Positions 7,448 to 20,700 of a stretch of DNA of 34,500 nt are shown here, in pieces. Location: positions 1 through 34,500 of the forward strand of contig JBDIBE010000002.1 of NCBI GenBank assembly GCA_039812785.1, given 5' to 3'. This DNA is from Thermoanaerobaculia bacterium. GTDB taxonomy: Bacteria; Acidobacteriota; Thermoanaerobaculia; UBA5066. The notes under the pieces were generated by a model. That model had not been told where the DNA came from. It searched no databases and worked only from the letters and a program-made list of their open reading frames with translations. Every line of letters begins with the position of its first letter. Position 1 is the stretch's first letter. The position numbers were made by a program, and so were the translations under genes.

Positions 7448-8665
7448 ATGAGCGTGAGTCAGCTCGCGAAGTCCATCGCGGAGTCGCCGACGCTCCGCCT
7501 GACCGAGCAGGCCCGTCTCCTGCGCGAGAAGGGCGAGGCCGTCGTCCACCTCGGCGCGGGCGAGCCGAAGAACAAGGCCCCGATCGCCGCGATCCTCGCG
7601 GCCGCTTCCAAGCTCAACGGCGGCGACGTGAAGTACACGCCGGCCGACGGCACCCCGGGCCTGAAGAAGCAGGTCATCCGGTACACGGAGGAGAACTACG
7701 ACCGCGTCGTCGCCCCCGAGAACGTCATCGTCTCGGCCGGGGCGAAGCAGTCGGTCTTCAACATCCTCTACTCGGTGCTGAACCCGCAGGAGGAGGTCGT
7801 CATCCTCGCCCCCTTCTGGGTCAGCTACCCCGAGATGGTGAAGATGTGCTACGGCGTCCCGGTCATCGTGAAGGCCGAGGACGGCGGCTTCGTGCCGCGG
7901 GCCGAGGACATCGAGAAGGCCGTCGGGTCGCAGACGCGGGTCATCATCTGCAACAGCCCGAACAACCCCTCGGGCGCCCTCTACCCCGAGAGCCTCGTCG
8001 CCTGGCTCGTCGACTTCTGCGAGCGCAAGGGGATCTGGCTCATCATGGACGACATCTACCACAAGCTCGTCTTCGACGGGAAGAAGTCGCCCAACCCGTT
8101 CAAGTACACGAAGAAGGACACCGAGACGTCCAAGGTCATCGCGGTGAACGGCGTCTCGAAGCTCTACGGGATGACCGGCTTCCGGATCGGCTGGGCGATC
8201 GCCCCGCGGCCGCTCGTCCAGATCATGACGAACGTCCAGGGGCAGATCACGACGACCGTCTCCGTCCTCCTCCAGGCGGCGGCGGAAGGGGCGATGTCGG
8301 GCCTCCAGAGCGCCGTCGAGAGCCTCCGGATGACGCTCGAGAACAACCGGAACGTCATGCTGCAGGAGCTCGCGTCGTTCAGCGGCGTGAAGACGATCAA
8401 GCCCGACGGGACCTACTACTGCCTCCCCGACTTCCGGGCCTACTCCCAGAAGTCGGTCGAGCTCTCGGACTTCCTCCTCAAGAAGGCGCTCGTCGTCACC
8501 GTCCCGGGCCGCGAGTTCGGGATGGAGGGCTACCTCCGTCTCTCTTATGCGGGATCGATCAAGGAGATCACGGAAGGGATCTCCAGGATGAAGTGGGCGC
8601 TCGACCCCAACGCCCCCAACGAGATCTACGTGGGCGACAAGAAGCTCGTGAGGGACTGGCTGTGA
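7448..8665 (+). CDS. Class I/II PLP aminotransferase, aspartate aminotransferase-like
   Basis: Start at MSVSQLAKSI (ATG 7448), with GGAGG at 7432-7436. Motifs: GEPKNKAP, NPSGALY, VNGVSKLYGMTGFRIGW (PLP Lys), LRLSYA. The track start at 7385 is upstream of the SD. Confidence 0.9.
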   Translation: MSVSQLAKSIAESPTLRLTEQARLLREKGEAVVHLGAGEPKNKAPIAAILAAASKLNGGDVKYTPADGTPGLKKQVIRYTEENYDRVVAPENVIVSAGAKQSVFNILYSVLNPQEEVVILAPFWVSYPEMVKMCYGVPVIVKAEDGGFVPRAEDIEKAVGSQTRVIICNSPNNPSGALYPESLVAWLVDFCERKGIWLIMDDIYHKLVFDGKKSPNPFKYTKKDTETSKVIAVNGVSKLYGMTGFRIGWAIAPRPLVQIMTNVQGQITTTVSVLLQAAAEGAMSGLQSAVESLRMTLENNRNVMLQELASFSGVKTIKPDGTYYCLPDFRAYSQKSVELSDFLLKKALVVTVPGREFGMEGYLRLSYAGSIKEITEGISRMKWALDPNAPNEIYVGDKKLVRDWL

Positions 8666-10302
8666 ACAACCTCCTCGACATCAGGACTCCCGCCGAGGGC
8701 GAGGCCGCGGCGCGGAAGGCCGACTACGGCCTCGCCAACCACGGCCTCGCGAACGTCCGTAAGGCCTACTGGAACCTCCCCGGCGAGGCTCTCTACGAGG
8801 AGATCGCCTTCCGCCGCGAGGCGCGCATCGTCGCGGGCGGCCCCGTCGTCGCCCACACGGGCAAGCACACGGGCCGCGCCGCCAACGACAAGGCGGTCGT
8901 GAAGGAGGCCTCCACCGAGGGTCACGTCTGGTGGGGCCCCTACAACCGCCCCTACAGCCCCGAGAAGTTCAACGACCTCTTCAACCGGCTGCAGGGCTAC
9001 TTCCAGGGGCGCGACGTCTTCGTGCAGGACGTCTACGCCGGGGCCGACCCGGCCTACCGCGTCCCGGTCCGGATCATCACGGAGAAGGCGTGGCACAGCC
9101 TCTTCGTCAGGAACATGTTCATCCTCCCCGAGACGCTCGAGGAGTACCGCAGGCACGTGCCGGAGTTCACGGTCATCGCGGCCCCCGGCTTCCAGGGCTT
9201 CCCGCCGATCGACGGGACGAACGCGCAGACGTTCATCACGCTCAGCTTCGAGCAGAAGCTCTGCCTCATCGGGAACACCGAGTACGCGGGCGAGATCAAG
9301 AAGTCGGTCTTCACCGTCCTCAACTACCTCCTCCCGCTCGACGGCGTCCTCTCGATGCACGCCTCCGCGAACGTCGGGAAGGAGGGCGACTCCGCTCTCT
9401 TCTTCGGCCTCTCCGGCACCGGCAAGACGACGCTCTCGGCCGATCCGAAGCGGCGCCTCATCGGAGACGACGAGCACGGCTGGAGCGACGAGGGGATCTT
9501 CAACGTCGAGGGGGGCTGCTACGCGAAGGTGATCCGCCTCTCGCCGCAGGCCGAGCCCGAGATCTTCTCGACGACCCACCGCTTCGGGACGATCCTCGAG
9601 AACGTCGTCTACGACCCTGTGACCCGGAAGATCGACCTCGACGACGAGGGGATCACCGAGAACACCCGCGGCTCCTACCCGCTCGAGTTCATCGCGAACG
9701 CCGTCCCCGACAAGAAGGCCGGCCACCCGAAGAACATCATCTTCCTCACGTGCGACGCGCAGGGGGTCCTGCCACCGATCGCGCGCTTGACGCCCGACCA
9801 GGCGCTCTACCAGTTCATCTCCGGCTACACGTCGAAGATCGCCGGCACCGAGGCCGGCCTCGGCAAGGAGCCCGAGCTGACCTTCTCGGCCTGCTTCGGC
9901 GGGCCGTTCATGGTCCACCACCCCTACTTCTACGCCGACCTCCTGAAGCGGAAGATCGAGCGCTACGGCGTCAGCTGCTGGCTCCTGAACACCGGCTGGG
10001 TCGGCGGCCCGTACAACGTCGGCAAGCGGATCTCCATCCGCTACACCCGCGCCCTCCTCGACGCGGCGCTCGACGGCTCGCTCCACGGCGTCGAGTTCGT
10101 GAAGGACCCGATCTTCGGCTTCGAGGTCCCGAAGAGCTGCCCGAACGTCCCCGACCACGTCATGGACCCCTCGAGCTCCTGGCCCGACAAGGCGCTCTAC
10201 GCGAGCCGCTACCGGCAGCTCGCGCAGCGCTTCGTCGAGAACTTCAAGAAGTTCGAGGACGGCTGCGCCCCCGAGGTGATCGCCGCGGGGCCGAAGGTCT
10301 AG
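8662..10302 (+). CDS. pckA: ATP-dependent phosphoenolpyruvate carboxykinase
   Basis: GTG 8662 overlaps the aminotransferase TGA (ctGTGAac). Motifs: HTGKHTGRAANDK, FFGLSGTGKTTLS (P-loop), LIGDDEHGW, EGGCYAK, NTGWVGG. Confidence 0.95.
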   Translation: MNNLLDIRTPAEGEAAARKADYGLANHGLANVRKAYWNLPGEALYEEIAFRREARIVAGGPVVAHTGKHTGRAANDKAVVKEASTEGHVWWGPYNRPYSPEKFNDLFNRLQGYFQGRDVFVQDVYAGADPAYRVPVRIITEKAWHSLFVRNMFILPETLEEYRRHVPEFTVIAAPGFQGFPPIDGTNAQTFITLSFEQKLCLIGNTEYAGEIKKSVFTVLNYLLPLDGVLSMHASANVGKEGDSALFFGLSGTGKTTLSADPKRRLIGDDEHGWSDEGIFNVEGGCYAKVIRLSPQAEPEIFSTTHRFGTILENVVYDPVTRKIDLDDEGITENTRGSYPLEFIANAVPDKKAGHPKNIIFLTCDAQGVLPPIARLTPDQALYQFISGYTSKIAGTEAGLGKEPELTFSACFGGPFMVHHPYFYADLLKRKIERYGVSCWLLNTGWVGGPYNVGKRISIRYTRALLDAALDGSLHGVEFVKDPIFGFEVPKSCPNVPDHVMDPSSSWPDKALYASRYRQLAQRFVENFKKFEDGCAPEVIAAGPKV

Positions 10303-10329
10303 CTCCCGGAACCCGACACGACCCGGATT

Positions 10330-10361
10330 CGAGGGGAGCCCGCGAGAGCGGGCTCCCCTCG
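10330..10361 (+). terminator. 14-bp perfect hairpin with GAGA (GNRA) tetraloop, 28 nt after the pckA stop
   Basis: cgaGGGGAGCCCGC-gaga-GCGGGCTCCCCtcg. The 26-nt core 10333-10358 is identical to 21450-21475. Only a short TTT follows (10365-10367). Confidence 0.6.
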
Positions 10362-10460
10362 CGCTTTCGGCACGGTTCCCGGCGAAAGGCCGCGCCCTGC
10401 TGTAGAGTCGGGCGACTTTCGATCCCGAAATCCGCCCCCCGGCTCCAGGAGGTTCCCGGC

Positions 10461-12431
10461 TTGGCTCGATCACCGGCAGAAGGCCCGCTCGCGGCGTTTT
10501 CCGCGCGCGCTTCGTGGCCCCTCCTCCTGCCGCTCCTCTCGGCGCCCCTCCTCACCGCGGTGCTCGGCAAGGCCGTCCGCGCGATCGCCGGCCTGCCCCA
10601 CGGCCGTCTCCTGCCGCCCGGTGAGCTCGCCGTGCAGCTCGTCCTCGCGTACGCCCTCGCCGCGATCGCCCGGCGGCCCGTGCCGTTTCTCCTCGCGCAG
10701 GCGTTCGCCGTACTCGCCTGCCACGCGGGGCAGGCGTTCCGGGTGTCGGCGATGGGAGGCCCCATCCGGCCCCTCGACCTGCTCGCCGCTCCCGAGCTCG
10801 TCCGGATCCTCGATCTGCGCTGGGCGAGCGTTCTCGCGGCTCCGATCGCGCTCGTCGCGGCGCTCGTCGTCGGGAACCTCGCGTTCCGACGCCTCCCGGC
10901 CGCGGCCGCCGCGGGGGGCGCCGCGCTCCTCGCGGCCGCCCTCGCGTTCCGCCCGGGCCTCGCGGCGGCCCTCGCGGACGGAGGCATGCCGTACGTCCCG
11001 TGGAGACCGACGGAGAACATGCTCCGGCAGGGACCGACGGGGTACCTCCTCGGCGAGCTCGCCCGCCTGCGCCTCGAGCGCCGGGACCCGCCGACCCGCG
11101 ACGAGGTGCGGACGGCTCTCGCCTCCGCCCCGGTCGAGACGCGAGGGGACTTCCGGCCGGGCGGGCCCGGGCCCGCCCGGCGCGACGTCGTCCTGATCCT
11201 CCTCGAGTCGTTCTGGGACCCGTCGCTCCTGCGCGCGGCCGGGTTCGACCGGGACCCCGTCGACCCGAGCCTCCGCGCCCTGTGGAGGGCCGGCGGCAAT
11301 GCCACCGCGCTCAGCCCGGAGTTCGGCGGCGCGACGGCGAACTGCGAGATGGAGGTGCTGTGCGGGATCCCGACGCGCCTCGTCCTGCCCGGCATCGCGT
11401 TCGCCTCGGGACTCCCGAACGACCTTCCGTGCCTCCCGACCCTTCTCTCGCGCGAGGGGCTCGCCGCGGAGGCCTTTCATCCCAACGACGCGGACTTCTG
11501 GAGCCGGGACACGGCCTATCCCCGGATCGGCTTCTCGCGCTTCCACGCGGCGGACGAGTTCGTCCTCGACGACCTCGACGGCGACCGCCTCTCGGACGAG
11601 TCGCTCTTCCGGCAGGTGAGGGACCAGACCCGGGCGGCGGCCGGCGCCGGGCCCCGGCTCACCTACGTCCTCACCCTCACGGGCCACTGGCCGTATCCCC
11701 TCGGCGAGAGGCGACGGGCCGACGCCGTCTCCGCGGCCTCGGCGCCGCCCGAGGTGGGGGCCTACGCGACGTCGATCCTCCACACGTCCCGCGCGCTCGC
11801 CTCCTTCGTCGAGCAGGTCCTAGCGGCCTCACCCGACGCCCTCGTCGTCGCCCTCGGCGACCACCTTCCCGTCCTCGGGGAGAGCCTCGACGTCTACGCC
11901 GAGTCCGGCCTCTTCGACGAACGCGGGATCGAGGAGACGCCGGAGGCGTTCCGAGCCGTGGCGTCCGTGCCCCTCCTCGTCGTGGACGGCCGGAACGGAC
12001 CGGTGGACGTCGGGACGATCAGCCAGTTCGAGCTGCCGGCGCTCGTCCTCGGGAGGCTCGGCCTGCCCGTCCCTCCCTGGATGTCGGCGCTCCTCCCACC
12101 CGCCGGCTGGCACTTCCGTCCCCGGGACCAGGGGGTGCTCGTCCTCTCCCCCGACGGAGCGAGCCGCCTCTGCCTCTCGAGGGAGCAGGCGCCCGCGTGC
12201 GAGGTCGCGTTCCTGTGGCTGCAGCGGGCGCGGGTCGTCGCCCGCGACCTCGTCGAGGGCCGGCAGTTCAGCCTCTCGACTCCGCCGAACGAGGGCGCCC
12301 CGCCCGCCCCGCCCGTCGCCGACAATGGCGGCGGAGGAACCGATGCGATCTCTCGTCCTCGCGGCCCTTCTTCTCGCCCCGCCCACGGCGCAGGCGGCCC
12401 GGCCCGCCGACCTGATCCTCACGGGAGGTAA
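10461..12431 (+). CDS. LtaS/MdoB-type sulfatase-family (alkaline-phosphatase superfamily) membrane transferase
   Basis: Proposed TTG start at 10461, with AGGAGG (10447-10452) 8 nt upstream. The N-terminal region of about 190 aa is hydrophobic. The catalytic domain has LILLESFWD and GGATANCEMEVLCG (LtaS-type nucleophile Thr motif), HPNDADFW, LTLTGHWPY and LGDHLP. The low-complexity C-terminal tail overlaps the next gene by 89 nt. Confidence 0.7.
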   Translation: MARSPAEGPLAAFSARASWPLLLPLLSAPLLTAVLGKAVRAIAGLPHGRLLPPGELAVQLVLAYALAAIARRPVPFLLAQAFAVLACHAGQAFRVSAMGGPIRPLDLLAAPELVRILDLRWASVLAAPIALVAALVVGNLAFRRLPAAAAAGGAALLAAALAFRPGLAAALADGGMPYVPWRPTENMLRQGPTGYLLGELARLRLERRDPPTRDEVRTALASAPVETRGDFRPGGPGPARRDVVLILLESFWDPSLLRAAGFDRDPVDPSLRALWRAGGNATALSPEFGGATANCEMEVLCGIPTRLVLPGIAFASGLPNDLPCLPTLLSREGLAAEAFHPNDADFWSRDTAYPRIGFSRFHAADEFVLDDLDGDRLSDESLFRQVRDQTRAAAGAGPRLTYVLTLTGHWPYPLGERRRADAVSAASAPPEVGAYATSILHTSRALASFVEQVLAASPDALVVALGDHLPVLGESLDVYAESGLFDERGIEETPEAFRAVASVPLLVVDGRNGPVDVGTISQFELPALVLGRLGLPVPPWMSALLPPAGWHFRPRDQGVLVLSPDGASRLCLSREQAPACEVAFLWLQRARVVARDLVEGRQFSLSTPPNEGAPPAPPVADNGGGGTDAISRPRGPSSRPAHGAGGPARRPDPHGR

Positions 12432-14037
12432 GGTCTGGACGGCCGAGCCCGGGCGGCCGCCCGCGCAGGCCGTCGCGGTGCGCGGCGGGAAGGTCGTCTT
12501 CGTCGGAAGCGACGCGGAGGCCGCGAGGTGGAAGGGGCCGAAGACGACGGTGGTCCCGCTCGGCGGCCGGCTCGTCACGCCGGGCTTCGAGGACGCGCAC
12601 ATGCACCTGATGAGCGGGGCGCGGAACCTCGAGCGGCTCGACCTCGGCGGGGAGACGACGCTCGCGGGCCTCTCGGAGAGGATCCGCCGCTTCGCCGCGG
12701 CGAACCCGAAGAGCCCGTGGGTCGTCGGGCGCGGCTGGGTCTACGGCTCCTTCCCCGGGGGCCTGCCGACGAGGGAGCAGCTCGACGAGGTCGTCCCCGA
12801 CAGGCCGGCCTACATGGACGGCTACGACGGCCACACCGGGTGGGCCAACAGCCGGGCGCTCGCCCTCGCGGGGATCACGAAGGAGACGAAGGACCCGGTC
12901 AACGGCGTCATCGTCCGCGACCCGAAGACGGGAGAGCCGACGGGCGCGCTCAAGGAAGCGGCGGGGAGCCTCGTCGAGGACCTCATCCCCGAGCCGACTT
13001 CCGAGCGGCACTACGCGCTCCTCCTCCGGGCCCTGGAGATGCTGAACCGCGACGGGATCACCGCGGTCCAGGACGCGGGCTGGACGAAGGAGGAGGCCGA
13101 ACGCTTCCTTCCGCTCCTCGAGCGGGCGCGCAGGGAGGGGAAGCTGACGGTCCGCGTACGGCTCGGCGTCGACGTCGACCCGGCCGACCCTACGCCCGGA
13201 ATCGCGGAGGCCGTCCGCCTCCGGAAGCTCTACCCAGAGGGCCCGATCGTATTCGGCGGCGTGAAGGGGTACGTCGACGGCGTCATCGAGGCGCACACCG
13301 CCGCGATGCTCGCGCCGTACTCCGACGACGCCTCGCTCGGCTCCGGGACGCCGCGCTGGGCGAAGGAGGCGCTCGACCGAGCGGTCGCCGCGGCCGACCG
13401 GGAGGGGCTCCAGGTCTGGCTCCACGCCATCGGCGACCGCGGCATCCGGATGGCGCTCGACGCCTACGAGGCCGCGGCGAAGGCGAACGGCCCGCGCGAC
13501 CGGCGGCACCGCGTCGAGCACGTCGAGGCGGTCTCGGCGGCCGACGCCCCGCGCTTCGGCGCCCTCGGCGTCGTCGCCGCGATGCAGCCGCTCCACGCGA
13601 ACCCCGACCAGAACAACGCGGACGTCTGGTCGAAGAACGTCGGGCCCGAGCGCGAGAGCCGCGGCTTCGCCTGGCGCCTCATCGAGAACGCCGGAGGGAG
13701 GATCGCCTTCGGGAGCGACTGGCCCGTCGTGACGCCCGACGTCTTCCGCGGCCTCTACTGCGCCGTGGCTCGGAAGACCCCCGAGGGGACGCCCGCCGGG
13801 GGCTGGCAGCCGCAGCTCGCCGTGAGCGTCGAGAGCGCCCTCCGGCACTACACGGTCGACGCGGCCTTCGCCGGCTTCGCGGAGAAGGAGCGCGGCTCGA
13901 TCGCCGTCGGGAAACGGGCCGACCTCGTCGTCCTCTCCCGCGACGTCCTCTCCGGGCCGCCGGAGGAGATCCTGAAGGCGAGGGCGCTCCTGACGCTCTT
14001 CGGCGGGAAGACGGTCTGGCGCGACCCGGGGCTCTGA
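12343..14037 (+). CDS. Secreted metal-dependent amidohydrolase (YtcJ-like, amidohydrolase_3)
   Basis: Start at ATG 12343, with GGAGG 5 nt upstream. Signal peptide MRSLVLAALLLAPPTAQAA. Metal motif PGFEDAHMHL, then WLHAIGD, RVEHVE, FGSDWPV. Confidence 0.85.
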   Translation: MRSLVLAALLLAPPTAQAARPADLILTGGKVWTAEPGRPPAQAVAVRGGKVVFVGSDAEAARWKGPKTTVVPLGGRLVTPGFEDAHMHLMSGARNLERLDLGGETTLAGLSERIRRFAAANPKSPWVVGRGWVYGSFPGGLPTREQLDEVVPDRPAYMDGYDGHTGWANSRALALAGITKETKDPVNGVIVRDPKTGEPTGALKEAAGSLVEDLIPEPTSERHYALLLRALEMLNRDGITAVQDAGWTKEEAERFLPLLERARREGKLTVRVRLGVDVDPADPTPGIAEAVRLRKLYPEGPIVFGGVKGYVDGVIEAHTAAMLAPYSDDASLGSGTPRWAKEALDRAVAAADREGLQVWLHAIGDRGIRMALDAYEAAAKANGPRDRRHRVEHVEAVSAADAPRFGALGVVAAMQPLHANPDQNNADVWSKNVGPERESRGFAWRLIENAGGRIAFGSDWPVVTPDVFRGLYCAVARKTPEGTPAGGWQPQLAVSVESALRHYTVDAAFAGFAEKERGSIAVGKRADLVVLSRDVLSGPPEEILKARALLTLFGGKTVWRDPGL

Positions 14038-14050
14038 GGAGGCCCCGGGG

Positions 14051-14052
<2 letters not shown>
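14023..14052. terminator. Bidirectional hairpin spanning both stop codons of a convergent gene pair
   Basis: The arm cccggggc (14025-14032) pairs with gccccggg (14042-14049). An outer ga/tc pair and one bulged G extend the stem. The loop contains the amidohydrolase TGA (14035-14037) and the right arm runs into the fadH stop (14051-14053). Confidence 0.4.
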
Positions 14053-17474
<3,422 letters not shown>

Positions 17475-17759
17475 CGATCCGATGTTGGCACAGGCGCTTT
17501 GCTACGTCGTCGCATCGCCACGGCCGCGACGGAGCGAGGCAGAGCCTGACCCGCCTCCCGGGTCACCGGACGATCCGCGGGATCAGCGACGAACCCACCC
17601 CGTCGGGTCCGGCGCTCTCCCTCCGGGCTCTCGCGCGCTCGCCGGGGGAGCTTTCGTGCCGGTTGCGAGCGGCCCCTCGCGGCACGGATCGTGCGACGGG
17701 GCGCTCACGTGTCCTGCACGTTCCGCGATTCGTCCAACGCTCGATACCGGAGAGACTCG

Positions 17760-20700
17760 ATGAAGGTGTCCAGAGCCCGTGTCGCCGCGCGTCTCGCGCG
17801 CCTCGCGCCCGCCGCCCTGCTCTTCCTCCTCGGCACGACCGGCCCGGCCGCCGCCGCCCCGCCCGCGGGAAGGGCGCGCGGCCCTCTCGGCCCCTGGCTC
17901 GACGGCTGCTCCGCGGGCTTCCGGCTCGCGTCGATGCCGAGCGCCTGGACCGTCGCCTCCGGGCAGCCGGTGAAGGTCTTCACGCGGCTCGCCGTCGACT
18001 TCGACGGCCTGCCGGAGGACCAGTACACCGTGTCGGTCTCGCCCGACGGAGAGAAGTCGTTCCGCCTCGTCGGCTACGCCTCCGGCTTCCTCCGGGCCGA
18101 GGTCCGGGCCGCGGGCTCCGCCGAGCCGATCGCCGTCCTCACCGGCGCCCGGTTCGACACCGAGAGCCACGCCCCCGCCGTCCTCACCTGGTCGGGCCTC
18201 GACCGGCACGGGAAGCCGGCCGCCCCCGGCGCTTACGAGATCGAGGTCCGGGGCCGGCTCCTCCCGGCGTGGGCCGAGGGCTTCGTCGCCGGGGAGCTCG
18301 GCTACGCCGACCTCGACGGCTTCTCGGAGGCGGCCGAGGCGTGCACCCGCGTCCTCCGCGTCGAGGTCGTCCCGGGGATGCGGCGGGCGCCTCTCGCCGC
18401 CGCGGCGTTCGCGGCGTCGTGCGCCCCGCCGCCCGCGAGCTACTACGACACCGTCGACGCGTCGAGCCCGGCCGCGCTCCGCGCCTCGCTGCACGCCGTC
18501 ATCGACGACCACGTCCGCTTCCCGTACACCTCCTCCACGACGGACACGTGGGACATCCTGAACGACGCCGACGAGAACCCCGACGACCCGTCGACCGTCC
18601 TCGACCTCTACAGGAACGCCACCTTCGCCGACGGCTGCTCGACCGGGTGCGCCTGGAACCGGGAGCACACCTGGGCGAAGTCGTACGGCTTCCAGACCGA
18701 GAGCGGCTCCGCCGCCACGCCCTACACGGACGCGCACCACCTCCGCGCGACGGACAACTCCTACAACTCCGCCCGCTCGAACCTGCCGCACGGCGCGTGC
18801 ACCTCCGGCTGCGCGACCTACCCGACCGACGTGAACGCCGGCGCCGGCGGCGCGGCCGAGGTCAACCGCGGCTCGGGCGGCTCGGTCTCCTGCACGACGC
18901 CCGCGGCGGGAATGGCGTGGGAGACCTGGGACCATCGCAAGGGCGACGTCGCCCGCTCCATCCTCTACATGGACGTCCGCTACGAGGGTGGCACGGGGCC
19001 GCTCGGCGCCGAGCCCGACCTGATCGCCACCGACGACCTCGCCCTCATGTACGCCGAGACGACGAGCTGCGGCGACGGCTACCAGCCCGTCGCGTACCAC
19101 GGCATCCTCTCGACGCTCCTCGCCTGGCACGCGGCCGACCCGCCCGACGCCGACGAGATGCGGCGCAACGACCAGGTCTGGTGCTACCAGCAGAACCGCA
19201 ATCCCTTCGTCGATCACCCGGAGTGGGTCGACTGCCTCTACCGCGGGAGCTGCGGCGGCGGGAATCCGGGCGTCTCCTTCGCCGGCATCCAGACGGCGAC
19301 CGACGCCGCCCCCTGCTCCGCGACCGGGGTGACCGTCTCCTGGCCGGCCCCGTCGGCCTGGAACGACGGCTGCGCCTCGGGCTGCAGCCGCGGCTTCCGC
19401 GTCCTGCGCAGCGGCGCGGCGCTCTCCTCCGGCGGCTGCGCGGCCCCGCTCGCCGCGACGGCGACGTCCTGCACGGACACGACCGCCGTCGCCGGCTCGG
19501 CGTACACGTACGCCGTCGAGGCCTTCAACGCCGAGGCCGAGACGAGCACGGGCGGCGCGTCGCTCGCCGCGACGGACCGGACGAACGACGGCGCCGCGCC
19601 CGTCTTCTCCGCCAGCCCGGCGGCGGTCGCCTCCTCGACGACCTCCTTCACCGTGACCTGGACGACGGACGAGCCGTCGGACAGCCGCCTCGAGTACGGC
19701 CCGACGACGGCCTACGGCGCCGCCGTCACCGCCGCCGCGATGGTCACGTCGCACTCCGTCTCGGTGACCGGCCTCGCCGCCGGCACGACGTACCACTTCC
19801 GGGCCGGCTCGACCGACGCCTGCGGCGCCGGCCCCTCCTGGTCCGCCGACGGCACCGTCACGACACAGGCCGCCGGCGGCGGCGGGGCGGCGCTCGCGAT
19901 CGGCGGCTACCGGCTGACGCAGGCGAACGCGACCTACACGTACACGATCCCGGCCGGGACCGCCGTCCCCGCCGACGGCTACGTCGTCGTCGCCCGCGGC
20001 GCCGACGAGGCCGCGTTCGAGACCTACTGGGGCGTCTCCCTCGGCGCGAACGTCGTCTTCCTGAACTCGGCGGGCGCCATGCCCGTCATCAACGGCAGCG
20101 AGACCTACACGCTGACGGACGCCTCCGGCGCGCTCGTCGAGGGCCCGACGATCGCGATGGGCTCGGCCGGCGGACAGAGCATTCGCCGCAACGACCCGTG
20201 CCAGGCCGCGGGGGCCCCGGCGAGCTGGAGCGTCGGGGCCGAGAGCACGGCGACGCCGGGCTCCGGCGCGGGCGCCGGCTGCGGCGCCGGCCTCGTCGTC
20301 AACGAGTTCGCCGACGCGAGCGGCACCGGGAGCTACGTCTACGAGTTCCTCGAGCTCCACTACGACGCCCCCGCCCCCGCCGACACGACGGCCCCGGCCG
20401 TCTCGATCGCGTCGCCGGCCCCCGGCGCCGTGCTCTCGGGCGCCGTCTCCGTCGCCGCCACGGCCACCGACGCGGTCGGCGTGACGAAGGTCGAGTTCCT
20501 CCTCGACGGGGCGCTCCAGGCCACGAACACGACCTCGCCCTACTCCTGGAGCTGGGCGACGACCGCCGCCGCCAACGGCAGCCACGCGCTGACGGCGAAG
20601 GCGTACGACGCCGCGGGGAACGTCGGCGCCTCCGCCGCCGTCTCCGTCACCGTGAGCAACGACACGACGGCCCCGGCCGTCTCGATCACCTCCCCTGCCG

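Noticed and set aside
10385-10420. A TAGAGT -10-like hexamer upstream of the LtaS-like gene, as its promoter.
   Set aside because: It matches only 4 of 6 positions, with no -35 or properly spaced TG extension, so it cannot be distinguished from chance.
17486-17503. A sigma-54-like promoter, TGGCAC-N-TTTGC, upstream of the nuclease gene.
   Set aside because: The GG-to-GC spacing is 12 nt instead of the strictly conserved 10. No NtrC-type enhancer-binding protein (AAA+ sigma-54 activator) is encoded in the window.
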